Origin: Diplonema japonicum
Lineage: Eukaryota; Protista; Euglenozoa: Diplonemea
Direction: 5' to 3'
NCBI GenBank assembly: GCA_964019335.1
Contig: OZ025678.1
Coordinates: 248,001 to 312,000 of the forward strand
Length of the DNA stretch: 64,000 nt
Shown: piece after piece, positions 37,201-46,880 of the stretch
Layout of the letters: every line of letters begins with the position of its first letter
How positions within the stretch are numbered: the stretch's first letter is position 1
Translations under genes and position numbers: made by a program
The notes under the pieces: model-generated
Told to the model about the DNA's origin: nothing
Databases searched by the model: none
The model's input: only the letters and a program-made list of their open reading frames with translations

Positions 37201-40200
37201 AGGTGCAGAAGGATATTGTCGAGGTGCGCACGTGGTTCAATGAAAGCGTGTCGACCAGCATTCCTGTCGTTATCAACTACTTCATGAACGCCATGCGCAT
37301 TGAGCAGGGTGCACCGAGCGTGGTGGGGACGCTGAAGTCGTTCCCAGTGTACACCTTTGCGAAGAAAACTTACGTCCATTTGTTCGGAGCATGCCTGTCC
37401 GTCTGCTTTGCAATTATCACAGCAGTCTTCGCAGGACGGCTCGTACAAGAGAGAAACAGTGGTGCCAGGAACCTCACCCAGCTGTGCGGGGTACACGACA
37501 CCACGTTCTACGTTGCATACGGGTTGGGGGACTGCGTCACAGCACTGCTGGCACAGTTGATCATAGTTGCTGTTTTCGGCATATGGTTGTCCTCTTACGG
37601 GTCAGAACTCTTCGGTCTTATCACCACTCTGTTGCTGTTGTACACACCAGCTATCCTTGCGATGAACTACACGCTTTCTTATGTGTTTAGCAAAGGCCTC
37701 AATGCCACTGTTTTCTGCACCATCTACCACATCGCCATCAGCAGCATGCTGCTTATCTCTCCCCACACCGGTTTCTCTTCAAGAAACATCTTCCGTATCC
37801 TATCTCCCCTCGCTGCGATGCTGGAGGGTATTCTTTACTTCCTCAATCTCGGCGGCCACGCGTCACACGACGCTCTTGTGTCCCCTACCGCGAGCAAGGA
37901 GTCGCTGATCTCGGATACGTACTTCACCATCTTGTACCAACTGATCAGTTGGTCAGTTCTGCTCACTCTTGCAGAGTCTGGATACAAGATCAAAAACCTG
38001 ATTAAGAAGATGTTCCCACGGCCTACGGGGTACTACGAGAACGAAGCAGCACTTGCCGGTGTCACGCAAAGCAAGAATGTTCGTGACGAGATGAACGAGG
38101 TGGTGAACTCGTGGGGCGCTGACGACGAAACACTCTACGTCAAGCAGCTGCGCAAAGTGTACAAAAATCGGATCGCTGTGTCGGGGATGTACTTAAAGCT
38201 GACACCTGGCACCTGCTTTGGGTTGCTGTCGCCCAGTGGGGCAGGGAAGACCACAGCAGTGACGATGATGGCGGGGCTGATGGCACCGTCGCAGGGTGAA
38301 GTCACTGTACGGGGTCTCTCAAATCTGTACCCGTTGCAGCTGAAAAAGCTCCAGAAGCTGGTTGGGTACCTGCCGCAGACGGACCCGCTCCCCCCTGGGC
38401 TTACTGTGTTCGAAGTTGTCGACTTCTACGCGAGGCTGAAGGGCGTACCGGGCACCTCCAAACAAAGCATTTGCAACCTTCTCAAGACGGTCGGGTTGGA
38501 AGAATACATCGATAGAACTTGCGGTGCGCTCAGTGGTGGGAACAAACGTCTTGTTGCCTTGCTGCTCGCGTTGCTCGGGTCTCCACCGATACTTCTGCTT
38601 GACGAACCTACGGCGGCAATGGACCCTGCTACACGCCAGAAGGCGTGGTGGCTGATTAATACAAGAACCAACCAGCAGCACGAGCGGCCTATTGTGGTGC
38701 TCACCACAAACTCGCTCAAAGAAGCAGACACTGTGTGCAACAAAGTGGGTGTGATGATCCAAGGGCATCTATCGGAGTTGGGTAACCCGAAAGAGCTCAA
38801 GGAGCAGCATTCTTCAGGGTATTTCCTGCCTGTGTTGATGACCAACGACAAGTCGAGCAAGGCGTTGACGGAGGCCCTTACGGCAAAAATACCAGGCACA
38901 AAAACATTGGAAGCGCACGGGAGGAAGCTGGAGTTCCAGTTCCCAAGCGACGTGTGCCTGCCAGATGTGATTGATGTCTTGGAGAACGAGGACCACGTCA
39001 GCGAGTACTCCATCTCGAAGATGATGTTTGAACAGACATACCTGCATGCTGTCGAGCAACAGAGAGCAGCCAAACTACGTGGTGGGCTTGCAGATGAACT
39101 TGTGCCCCCTCTAAGGGTGTGCATCTTGATTGTAGGTTCGCGTGGCGATGTGCAGCCGTTCCTTGCGTTCAGTGAGAGGCTGCAGGCAGCAGGCCACGTC
39201 GTCCGCATCGCCACACATGAGTGCTTTCGGTCGTTTGTGACAAGCCACGGGGTCGACTTCAGCCCTATCGGCGGTGACCCCGAGAAGCTGATGCAGTTCA
39301 TGGTGGAGCACCCATCGATGATCACTACCAACTTGGAGGAGATTCGTGCAAAGCGTTCGATGATGAGTGAGATCTTCTCTGGGTGCTGGAATGCCGCGTC
39401 CACCTGGAAACCTGATGTCCTCATCGCTAACCCGCCGACACAGGTGCACGTCCACATCGCAGAGGCGCTGCACATCCCACTCCAGATACACTTCACCATG
39501 CCATGGTCACCTACAAAGGCGTACCTCCACCCCTTGGCAGTTGTCAGCGCCCTTGGGAACGAGCAGTCCTACGGCATTGTGGAGGACCTCATGTGGCTGG
39601 GCATGTCGGACATCATCAACAACTTCAGGGCGAGCATTGGGCTGCGGAAGATCAAACATGGTTCTGGCCTCGCCAACTCTCTCAAAGTGCCGCACATCTA
39701 CTGCGTCAGCGAGAGCCTCGTCCCGAAGCCCACCGACTGGGCGGGGCATATATCGGTGTCGGGGTTCTGGTTCCTGGACTCCCTTGCACAGGACTACGAC
39801 CCCCCGCAGGATTTGGCGGCGTTCTTGGCAGCCGGCCCGCCACCTATTTATATCGGCTTTGGGTCTATTGTTGTGCCCAGTATCAACGCGCTTGAGAAGG
39901 CAGTGTTCGGTGCTTTGCGGCGAGCCAACGATGAGAGCATTGTACCTGTACGGGCGATCGTGAGCCCTGGGTGGGCGAAACTTGGGATGAACCTCCCGCT
40001 GCCGGAGTACGTGTTTTTATTGGATAAGTGCCCGCACGACTGGTTGTTCCCACGCTGCGCTGCTGTGGTGCACCACGGCGGTGCCGGGACGACAGCGGCG
40101 GGGCTGCGCGCGGGGAAGCCGACGGTCGTGATCCCATTTTTCGGAGACCAACCGTTTTGGGGAAAGTGCTGCGAGCGGCAAAACGTGGGCCCCACCCCGA

Positions 40201-41027
40201 TACCTTACAAACAACTGACAGCAAAGAGCTTGGCGAGGGCTCTGATGGAAGCCCTGCAGCCGCGCATGGTCCAGGCGGCAAAGGAGCTCAGCGTCATGAT
40301 CAATTCAGAAGCCGGAGTCGAGACGGGACTTCGTGCATTTTACAACTATCTTCCACTCGAACCAAGCGGGTCATGGCGCGTGGAGTGCGTTGAAAACCAG
40401 CGGTGGTTCCCTGTAATAGGGTGGAGCGCCACCCTGGCAGTAGGGGACCCATCACCCTACAGCGACGAGACCGGATCCATGAGCTGTGACAGAATGGAAT
40501 ACCCATGCCCGGAAGGCTGGCAGTGGGAAGACGAATGGAGGGTTTCAAAGGTAAATGGCAGCGACCCCGATGGCTTCAGGTACGCAACTTCTTTTAAAGG
40601 CCCTTGGCGGCAGGTCCCTTCGTCCACAGATGTTGTGAGACGCAGATTATGGTTCAGAAGGAGGACCAGGACAGGTGTCAAAGAGAATGTTGGTGACGAA
40701 GTGGAAAGATTGCGAAAAGAAAATAAAGACCTCCAAACCAGGCTTGATGCACAAGCACACTACATCCAGCGCCTCATTAGCGGTATGGGGTTGGAAGCAC
40801 CTCCAAAGGAGGCTTCCCTCACAGCAAGCAGCACTCCTGAGGACCCAGACAACACGCTGAGCACTGCAGTCCACAAAGGTTGTACGGATGTGGCTCAGCT
40901 TTTATTAGAATACAGGGATTACTCGGATCCCTTCAGCACTCGGGATAGTGAAATTTTGGCAGTGTCCAGTGCTGGAAGGATATCAGAAATGGATATGGAA
41001 GATGTTAGTATAGAGTTTGCGGATTGA
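34299..41027 (+). CDS. Full-length ABCA-type transporter fused to a sterol 3-beta-glucosyltransferase-like (GT1) domain, a DysF domain and a coiled coil
   Basis: One uninterrupted 2242-aa ORF: TMD-NBD1 (GHNGAGKTT, ILDEPTAGLD), TMD-NBD2 (SGAGKTT, LSGGNKR, LLDEPTAAMD). Then GSRGDVQPF..IYIGFGS..PHDWLF..HHGGAGTTAAGL..PFFGDQPFWG, then ENQRW..GW..EGWQWEDEW..DGFRYA..VRRRLWFRRR. Confidence 0.9.
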   Translation: MKWKMLQQTRCLWKLHQPSRAVALGYELIEWCFVALVFVYALAMMDKERTNLRNSPEELPFYSKWPQYDDAEGYGAPVHNFTLDDMDGKEIWFASGSDLPEKSIDTFIDDFRTLTGIPENLTRLWNNTDDMLDYLNNPKDLTSFSSWRRWYNVVGQGMAAIIVNNTDYTLYIANYPRQDKIISVQGWEQSPSVGNMRSSRLANIQIALETTFSRTFYSITTDLRFNYTRYDTANPPNIEDIVNSNVLMTSTASSIGLYALALYLVPFLRMVTSLARSRQMGIKSFLEVNGVSLGAYYLSFTLISVVPRLIMILAVSAVMSTMLLPDISMLGFASFLTMALIALVPFALFLSIFCRSIINTWRFAVLVYLATGGVGALNASCSKSSLVDGGCFHNWGISAIFTPATFVSGVTIFTHKQVEHWNHGVSITHHPSLGTMYAMLLVNTVVYSLLAFWASGVFLEKRPVFFPFSRSFWTSVKHIFTESTSSGITAQNVSVVIGQKVILRDINLSTPQGSTLALLGHNGAGKTTFLKVITNMLNYKGEVRLCGLPIEEACRRGFVGYCPQEIVRTDATVLDLLELVACIKGVPFRETRAHAERAAANVGLYDHLHRAPTSLALGNKRKLGVALAFLGNPRIVILDEPTAGLDSRSRRQVWDLIRRHKNATCVFTTHLLDEACLGDTIAIMHEGRLPDDFIGSMTDLKKKFNCGQSLDIVKTGVNVCDDKIMNAVRPYIPETYDGCVKRSGRGLTIPLPDEGGMRRYVGLLKTLQDNEKCKAMGVESFSLRMTGLEDVLVKLCDPLSETVEVDDVGSDFVNITKIASFSHTISTPLLAQYGQLPSLLSSPAESVNIPMQMWIILYHMKARATFRSLRFYSIQLIFPVAFIILSILYTSYVRSTQKNEAESVELSAARLSDEATSQIFVRGPGAEAMMNFTTQHPLEWGVQMAFYNNPLSDLYMNSSSVTLDAVGEVQKDIVEVRTWFNESVSTSIPVVINYFMNAMRIEQGAPSVVGTLKSFPVYTFAKKTYVHLFGACLSVCFAIITAVFAGRLVQERNSGARNLTQLCGVHDTTFYVAYGLGDCVTALLAQLIIVAVFGIWLSSYGSELFGLITTLLLLYTPAILAMNYTLSYVFSKGLNATVFCTIYHIAISSMLLISPHTGFSSRNIFRILSPLAAMLEGILYFLNLGGHASHDALVSPTASKESLISDTYFTILYQLISWSVLLTLAESGYKIKNLIKKMFPRPTGYYENEAALAGVTQSKNVRDEMNEVVNSWGADDETLYVKQLRKVYKNRIAVSGMYLKLTPGTCFGLLSPSGAGKTTAVTMMAGLMAPSQGEVTVRGLSNLYPLQLKKLQKLVGYLPQTDPLPPGLTVFEVVDFYARLKGVPGTSKQSICNLLKTVGLEEYIDRTCGALSGGNKRLVALLLALLGSPPILLLDEPTAAMDPATRQKAWWLINTRTNQQHERPIVVLTTNSLKEADTVCNKVGVMIQGHLSELGNPKELKEQHSSGYFLPVLMTNDKSSKALTEALTAKIPGTKTLEAHGRKLEFQFPSDVCLPDVIDVLENEDHVSEYSISKMMFEQTYLHAVEQQRAAKLRGGLADELVPPLRVCILIVGSRGDVQPFLAFSERLQAAGHVVRIATHECFRSFVTSHGVDFSPIGGDPEKLMQFMVEHPSMITTNLEEIRAKRSMMSEIFSGCWNAASTWKPDVLIANPPTQVHVHIAEALHIPLQIHFTMPWSPTKAYLHPLAVVSALGNEQSYGIVEDLMWLGMSDIINNFRASIGLRKIKHGSGLANSLKVPHIYCVSESLVPKPTDWAGHISVSGFWFLDSLAQDYDPPQDLAAFLAAGPPPIYIGFGSIVVPSINALEKAVFGALRRANDESIVPVRAIVSPGWAKLGMNLPLPEYVFLLDKCPHDWLFPRCAAVVHHGGAGTTAAGLRAGKPTVVIPFFGDQPFWGKCCERQNVGPTPIPYKQLTAKSLARALMEALQPRMVQAAKELSVMINSEAGVETGLRAFYNYLPLEPSGSWRVECVENQRWFPVIGWSATLAVGDPSPYSDETGSMSCDRMEYPCPEGWQWEDEWRVSKVNGSDPDGFRYATSFKGPWRQVPSSTDVVRRRLWFRRRTRTGVKENVGDEVERLRKENKDLQTRLDAQAHYIQRLISGMGLEAPPKEASLTASSTPEDPDNTLSTAVHKGCTDVAQLLLEYRDYSDPFSTRDSEILAVSSAGRISEMDMEDVSIEFAD

Positions 41028-41187
41028 ACTTTTTTTTTCTTCTTCTTTTTTTCTTGATTTTCTCAACACTAGCTTCTAAATACGGGAGGGGGGGGGGAAT
41101 GGATCAGATTCGCTGGAGGAAAATTAGATCTAAACAAGGAAGAGGTGGGAAAAAAAAAAAAAAAAAGAAAAAAAAAAAACTATTTAA

Positions 41188-42512
41188 CCCATAACACTCC
41201 AAGGCGCAAATATTTGTCGTTTTGAAAAATTGTTTTTTTTTCTCTGTGTACTTTTTCGTCCCCACGACCCCCTGGATCTCCAAGAACGACTATAGTGAGG
41301 AGTTATTTTCAACTGCATTTCATGCTGCGCTGCATCACTTTACCTTGTTGTCCACCCACCAAGTGGGTCCCAAATCCGAGTAGATAGGCTAAAAACGCAA
41401 AATAACGGGTGTGCATACTGTGCCCAAATTGTTCCCAAAAAACGCAAAGGTAAAGCCAAAACAGCTACAGACGAGGTCCAACCTTCATGGGTAAGGGAGT
41501 CGGTACCCATAGAGACCATAAAATAGGCCAGTGGGGAGAAAAAAAGCTGTCCTGTGGTACGCAGAAACCTGACGACGCAAAATGGTTATTCCTTCGGTTT
41601 TTTTATAAGAAGCTCACAGACGTCATCCAAGAAGAGACAAACAAGCAAAAGGACACTGAGATTGATAAAATTTCGACCCAGGACTCCACCGCTTACTCGG
41701 ATTGAGCATTGCGATGGGTTTACGGCGTGCCCAGAATCAGCAGTCGTATTGGTCCACAGGACCCATGAAAATCCCCCTTTTCAGTATCACGATGCCCAGG
41801 AGACGCTACTGGGAAATCAAAAGTACCCAGCCTCCACTTCACTCACACAGAAGAGTCAAACGGTGATGTGTTGTGAAGATACGAGGGTTTCTGGACAGAA
41901 TTGGTGACAAGGTGGGCAAAAGCAGCAGTGCCAGGAAAACATTTAAGCATTGACGAGACACTCGTACCTTCACGGGGCAATTGGGGGGCTGCGGGTCTAC
42001 TGTCCTCTCAAGCATAAAAGATATGGCATAAAAATCTACTGCCTAAACTGCACGAGCACGGGTTATCTTTTGCGTTTTCACATCCACGCCACCAAAACCG
42101 AGGGGCACGCACTTGAAGATTTCAGTGTTGTGGAAAAGGCGGTGCTGGGGTTAACAGAGCCTTTCCGGGGAAATGACAACACGGTAGTTTGCGATAGCTA
42201 CTTTTCGACTGTGGGTCTGGCCGAAGCCCTGTGAAAAAACTTTGAGGGGCTTGCATTTCGTTGGGGTGTTGCGGACTCTTCTGGTGGGCCCTAGAAGTGA
42301 CAATAGTTAACTGCCATGCACTTCAAATAAAATATGGTTCAGGGATGCCAAAGAGATACACAACCCTGGCTGCTTTTAAAGAGCGCTTTCGAGCGTTGCA
42401 TGGACCCGTTTTACCTGCAAACGGGGGTTAAATGCTGCCATTTTTCACCTCAAATTATGAAAAGGAGCAAAAAAGGGACCCCTATGTAGATAGGGCCCTG
42501 GAGTGTTATGGG
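41188..42512 (+). mobile_element. Decayed piggyBac-superfamily DNA transposon
   Basis: 14-bp perfect TIR CCCATAACACTCCA (41188-41201) / TGGAGTGTTATGGG (42499-42512). TTAA on the left (41184-41187) and (T)TTAA on the right. Frameshifted transposase remnants SIDETLVPSRG, PLKHKRYGIKIY..TGY, VVCDSYFSTVGLAEAL. Confidence 0.9.
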
Positions 42513-42594
42513 TTTAAAAAAAAAAAAAAGAAATGTGACATTGCTTCGTGTTTCCCTTCTTCCTTTCTTTTTCTCTCTTTTTCCCACGTCTCCT

Positions 42595-42645
<51 letters not shown>

Positions 42646-43368
42646 CTCTAACTTTACCTCACTCGAAAATTTTACGTGTTATGTACTACATTTCATATTT
42701 ACCAAATGGATTTTTTTTTTAATTATTTGAATGCAAGAATTTTGACGCCTTCTTGGTAGGGGAACAGGGAAAAAAAAAAGAAGACAGTAAGGCTCTCCCT
42801 ATGCATAGTTTAAATAACCATGTTTAAAGGAAAAAAAAGGGGGACAGGAAAGGCTGAAACTGACTCTCGATGTGGGCCTTCTCTTCCCCCCCCAATCAAA
42901 AATTTTGAATTTTTCAGATTTATATTCTTGCACCAAAAAAAAAAAAATGTCAGCTTTTATGCGCTACAAAAAAAAACCCCTCCTAAGAAAAAAGATCCTT
43001 TTAAAGACCGGCTGTGCAACAAAAACAAAGAAAAAAAAAAACTTGCCTCGTTCTTCTTTTTTTTTTCGGTTGCTAGCACTTCTCCCCCCCCCCCCCCCCC
43101 CCCATCATAGTGAATATTTCGTTATTCTTGGGGTGGGGAAAAAAACTTTTTTTTTTCCCCTTCGCCTTTTTTCCGTCTTATTTCCTATCTAGTCGAAAAA
43201 AAAAAAAAAAAAAAGTGTTGCAAAGAGAAGGGAAGCGATTTCTTTTTTTGTTTTGGTTTTTTTTTTTTCTTTTTTTTTTTCCCTTCTTTTTTTTTCTCTC
43301 CAGAACAAAAGAAAAAAAAAAAAACACACGAAATCAAAGGGAAGAAGTGAAGGAAGAAAAAAAAAAAA

Positions 43369-44029
43369 ATGGGGTGCACAGAATCGAAGGAGGCGCCAAA
43401 AAGCCAAGCACCTACACAAAAAGCACCAGTAGAAAACGCAAGTTCGAAACAGGTTTGGCAGAACGGGGAGGTGTTCCCAAGCCAACTTGTGGGACACCGC
43501 ATCCAAAGGCCAGACAGAAAATTAGAAGGTGTAACACTTGTGGACTGTTTGGTAGACAACGCAAGAGACTTCGAGTATGGAATTTATTATTATTATTATT
43601 ATTATTATTTTTTTTTCTCCCTCCAGCCTGGAAAGATGCACGCTCCGAAACTGTAAACTGATAAATTGCCACTTGAAAGATTGCACTATAGAAGCAGGCA
43701 CGGAGGTGAACCGCTGTGTGGTTAAAGGGGGTACCTCTGTGGTATTTCTTTCTTTTTTTTTTTTATATTCAGAAAGAAAAAAAAAAGTACATCCCCCCCC
43801 CCCACTCTAGGACGCGACGCTTACCTCGGGAACTGAAGTTTCTGAGAATTGTGAAATAAACAGGTGTATGGTGACAGACCGCTGCACTATTAGAAACTGC
43901 ACCATTGGCCGGGATATCACCACCACTGGATCGATGTTCTACTCTTGTAACGGGAACCCTCAGCCACCCCCAAATGACGTGCACTGCAACGGCTGCATTT
44001 GGGGAGAACAGGCGGTGCAGTCCGTATAA
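43369..44029 (+). CDS. Small dually acylated-type (MGC) protein with Cys-periodic beta-helix-like repeats
   Basis: Starts MGCTESK. Introns 43575-43626 and 43742-43810 give LERCTLRNCKLINCHLKDCTIE..NRCVV..ENCEINRCMVTDRCTIRNCTIG..QSV*. Confidence 0.7.
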
Positions 44030-44034
44030 GATAG

Positions 44035-44071
<37 letters not shown>

Positions 44072-44983
44072 CCGAAGGATAGAAGCGGGAGGAGGGAGGG
44101 GGAGAGAACATTAACCTGAACTCATACATTTGCAAGCAAGAGAATAGAGTCACAAACAATCAGCTGACTTTTAGTTTTACAAACCCCTCTCCAAGTTTTC
44201 TTACTTGTTTTCTGATGTATGATTACGTTCTTTCATATTCTTTTGTGAGTGTTTTTTTTTCTTCTTTATTATTCTTCCTCTTTTGTAAATAGGCACTCAA
44301 GTGAAACAAAAAGAATGCGCGGGGATCCTTAAAACATTCAGTTTGATGTGATTTTTTTTTTTGTTTCTTTTTTTCTTCTTCTTTCATATGTCTTCTAATC
44401 ATTTCTAAGCCAGTTTCACCCTCTGTATTCACACTCCCCCCCCCCTTTTTTTTCCCTATCTCCGCAAAAAAAAAAAAAAAAGAACACCCCTTATATGTGG
44501 CTGTCAAAAAATTTTACCAGAGAACAGCAGAATGCGGGTTGCAGATTGTCACTGTCTGGAGGAGATACAGCACTGAATATAAAAATAAAGAAATAGAGAA
44601 AAAGAAAGAAAGAATGAAGAAAAAGCTGAACAAAAGAGAGGAAAAAAAAAAAAGGGAATACCAGAGTGAAAGGTTGAAGTGATCTTTGTTTTTTTTTCTT
44701 TTTTCTTAACACTCCGTCCATTTTCTTTTCTGTACTGCCGCTTCTTTCCCCCTCCCTCCCCCCTTTTTTTTTCTACTCCTGGATAGAAACAAAAAGAAAA
44801 AAAAAAACACTTTTTTTTTTTTTCTCCGTTTTTTTTTTTTTTTCATTCATTCTCCCCTTTTTTACCAACTCACCTTCACTTCCCCCAATTTTTTTTTTTC
44901 TTCAAATACCTGCAAAAAAAATAAAGAGGCGAAGAAGGCGGGGAACGGGGGAAAAAAAAGCGAAAAAAAAAAAAAAGAAAAAA

Positions 44984-45664
44984 ATGCCCACACCAACCAC
45001 CCCTAGCAGGTACCTTAGAACAGGACCAAAACCGCCTCCCAGCAGCACATTGCTACATGGAGCAAAAACCTCATTAGATTGCGCTGGCAAGGTGACGGGC
45101 AGTGCCTCTAGCAGGGGCCAGATGATGCGCGCAGCCTACAAGGACAAGGATAGGGGTATTCTGCATGGGCATGGCGGGGACATACCAGGAGCCAAAGGAT
45201 GTTACTACTGCTGGACTGGGCAGTACGAGAAGTGCAGGCAGCATCGGAGCAAAAGCCCTTCCTTGGGAAGTGCAGTGAGAGCACGGTCAAGAAGCCGGTC
45301 TCGATCTCGGTCGAGATCCCGGTCTAGAGGCCGCCCTACTGCGCAGAGGAGCATCAAAACTTTTACCCCCTCAGCCGAGGGGGACATAGTCCCTGTTACC
45401 CCTTACAGTTCCATCTTACTCCGCCCGGAACGGCGGTTGTTGCGTTCCACCTCCTCAGGGTACAGCACCCTCTCCGGGACGCCTTTGCCTTCGCCGTCTC
45501 CCTCCCTGCGTTCCGGGACATCCACATCCGCACGCAGGGGCGCACAGCACAGGAACCCCGTTGTTGCACAAACCGACCGTTTAGTGATGCAAAGCATCGC
45601 ATCGGGACGGTGCAACAGCACAAGGAACCTGCCCATGCCGGATCTGTTTTCAATGTCACCTTAG
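44984..45664 (+). CDS. Hypothetical basic, Arg/Ser-repeat protein with a C-x2-C-x7-C-x2-H motif
   Basis: GC-richer 226-aa ORF between homopolymer tracts; (RS)7 run; CYYCWTGQYEKCRQH. Confidence 0.55.
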   Translation: MPTPTTPSRYLRTGPKPPPSSTLLHGAKTSLDCAGKVTGSASSRGQMMRAAYKDKDRGILHGHGGDIPGAKGCYYCWTGQYEKCRQHRSKSPSLGSAVRARSRSRSRSRSRSRSRGRPTAQRSIKTFTPSAEGDIVPVTPYSSILLRPERRLLRSTSSGYSTLSGTPLPSPSPSLRSGTSTSARRGAQHRNPVVAQTDRLVMQSIASGRCNSTRNLPMPDLFSMSP

Positions 45665-45802
45665 ATTTTTTTTTTTTTTAAATATAAAATTATTTTTATG
45701 TTGTTGATATTTTCCCCTGTATAAAGTTTTTTTTTTTTGAATTGTGCGCGCTCATGTATTTCCCTACAAAAGTGACAAAAAAGAAAAGCAAGAAAAAAAA
45801 AG

Positions 45803-46277
45803 ATGTTCAGAGTGCTTGGAAGGAACGCGCTGAGGACGCAGGGCATGCAGAGCCTCAGGTGGGCGAGCGTGAGCGGGATTCAGGGGATTGAAAGGATCAC
45901 CTACGTGAAGAAAATAAAAATGAACGGCGAGGCGTGCAAGAAGTGCGGCGAAGTGACAGAGAGGCTTGAGAAGGCTGACCAGTTCAAGCAGATTGATGAG
46001 GTGCTTATCGCTGACGAGAGGGACGAGTCCAGCGCTGGCATGGCCATCGCTCAGAAGCACTCTGTTGAGAGAGCACCTTTTTTCGTTGTGGAAAAAGCAG
46101 ATGGATCTGTATGGCTTTAAATCAAAAAAAAAGAAAAAAAAGAAAATACAACAACAGGTTGACATCTACACCATCTACTTCGAGTTTGTGAAGAAGGTTC
46201 TGAAGGGGAAAGCGAACGAGGCAGAGGCCCTGAAAGACACCATGGAACAGAACAGAGATGTTCTTGACATGATTTAG
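45803..46277 (+). CDS. Small CxxC thioredoxin/glutaredoxin-fold-like protein with mitochondrial presequence
   Basis: Presequence-like MFRVLGRNALRTQGMQSLRWAS; ACKKC; cis-Pro-like RAPFFVV; intron 46109-46157. Confidence 0.7.
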
Positions 46278-46880
46278 AAAGGGAACAGGGGTCTGAGGAG
46301 AATCAGTGAAGCATTTTTAAAGAAAAAAGAAGAAGGAAAAAAAAAAAGGAGGGGGGATAATAAAACGGAACGAAACTTGATTAAAAGTACCGCTTCTTTT
46401 TTTTTTTTTGTATTACCCCACTTTTTTTTTCTTTTTAAATATTTTTTTTAAAAAAAAAAAAGCTTCCTATTTTCCTTTGTACTCCTCTTTTTTGTTTTTG
46501 TTTTTGTTTCTTTCTTTCTCCAATATTTCCAATGGCAGCTCGCAGCTCAACAGCCGGGGGAGGGATGGGGAAGAGAGGCTTTTTTTTTTTCTCTTTCGTT
46601 TGGATCCTTTTCTTCGATCTTGCTTTATTTCTCTCCTTTTTTTTTTTTTATATTCTTGGTGGGTCGTTGCTGACACCTTCCTCCCCCCATCATAGTGAAT
46701 TTTCTTTTTCTTTTCTCCCCTGTCGTTTTCCTCCTGGGGTGGTTGGGGCGATCGTGCCTTCGGTAATTTCCGAGCTAAATACTCTTTCCTTCCCTTACCT
46801 CAATTACAACTGGTTTCTTTCTCTTTTTCATTAAACAGTGACATCTCCACTTCCAACACCATCCCACCAGGCTGTTCAAG

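Noticed and set aside
44497-44682. 61-aa Lys-rich ORF
   Set aside because: Non-ATG start, low complexity, no recognisable motif.
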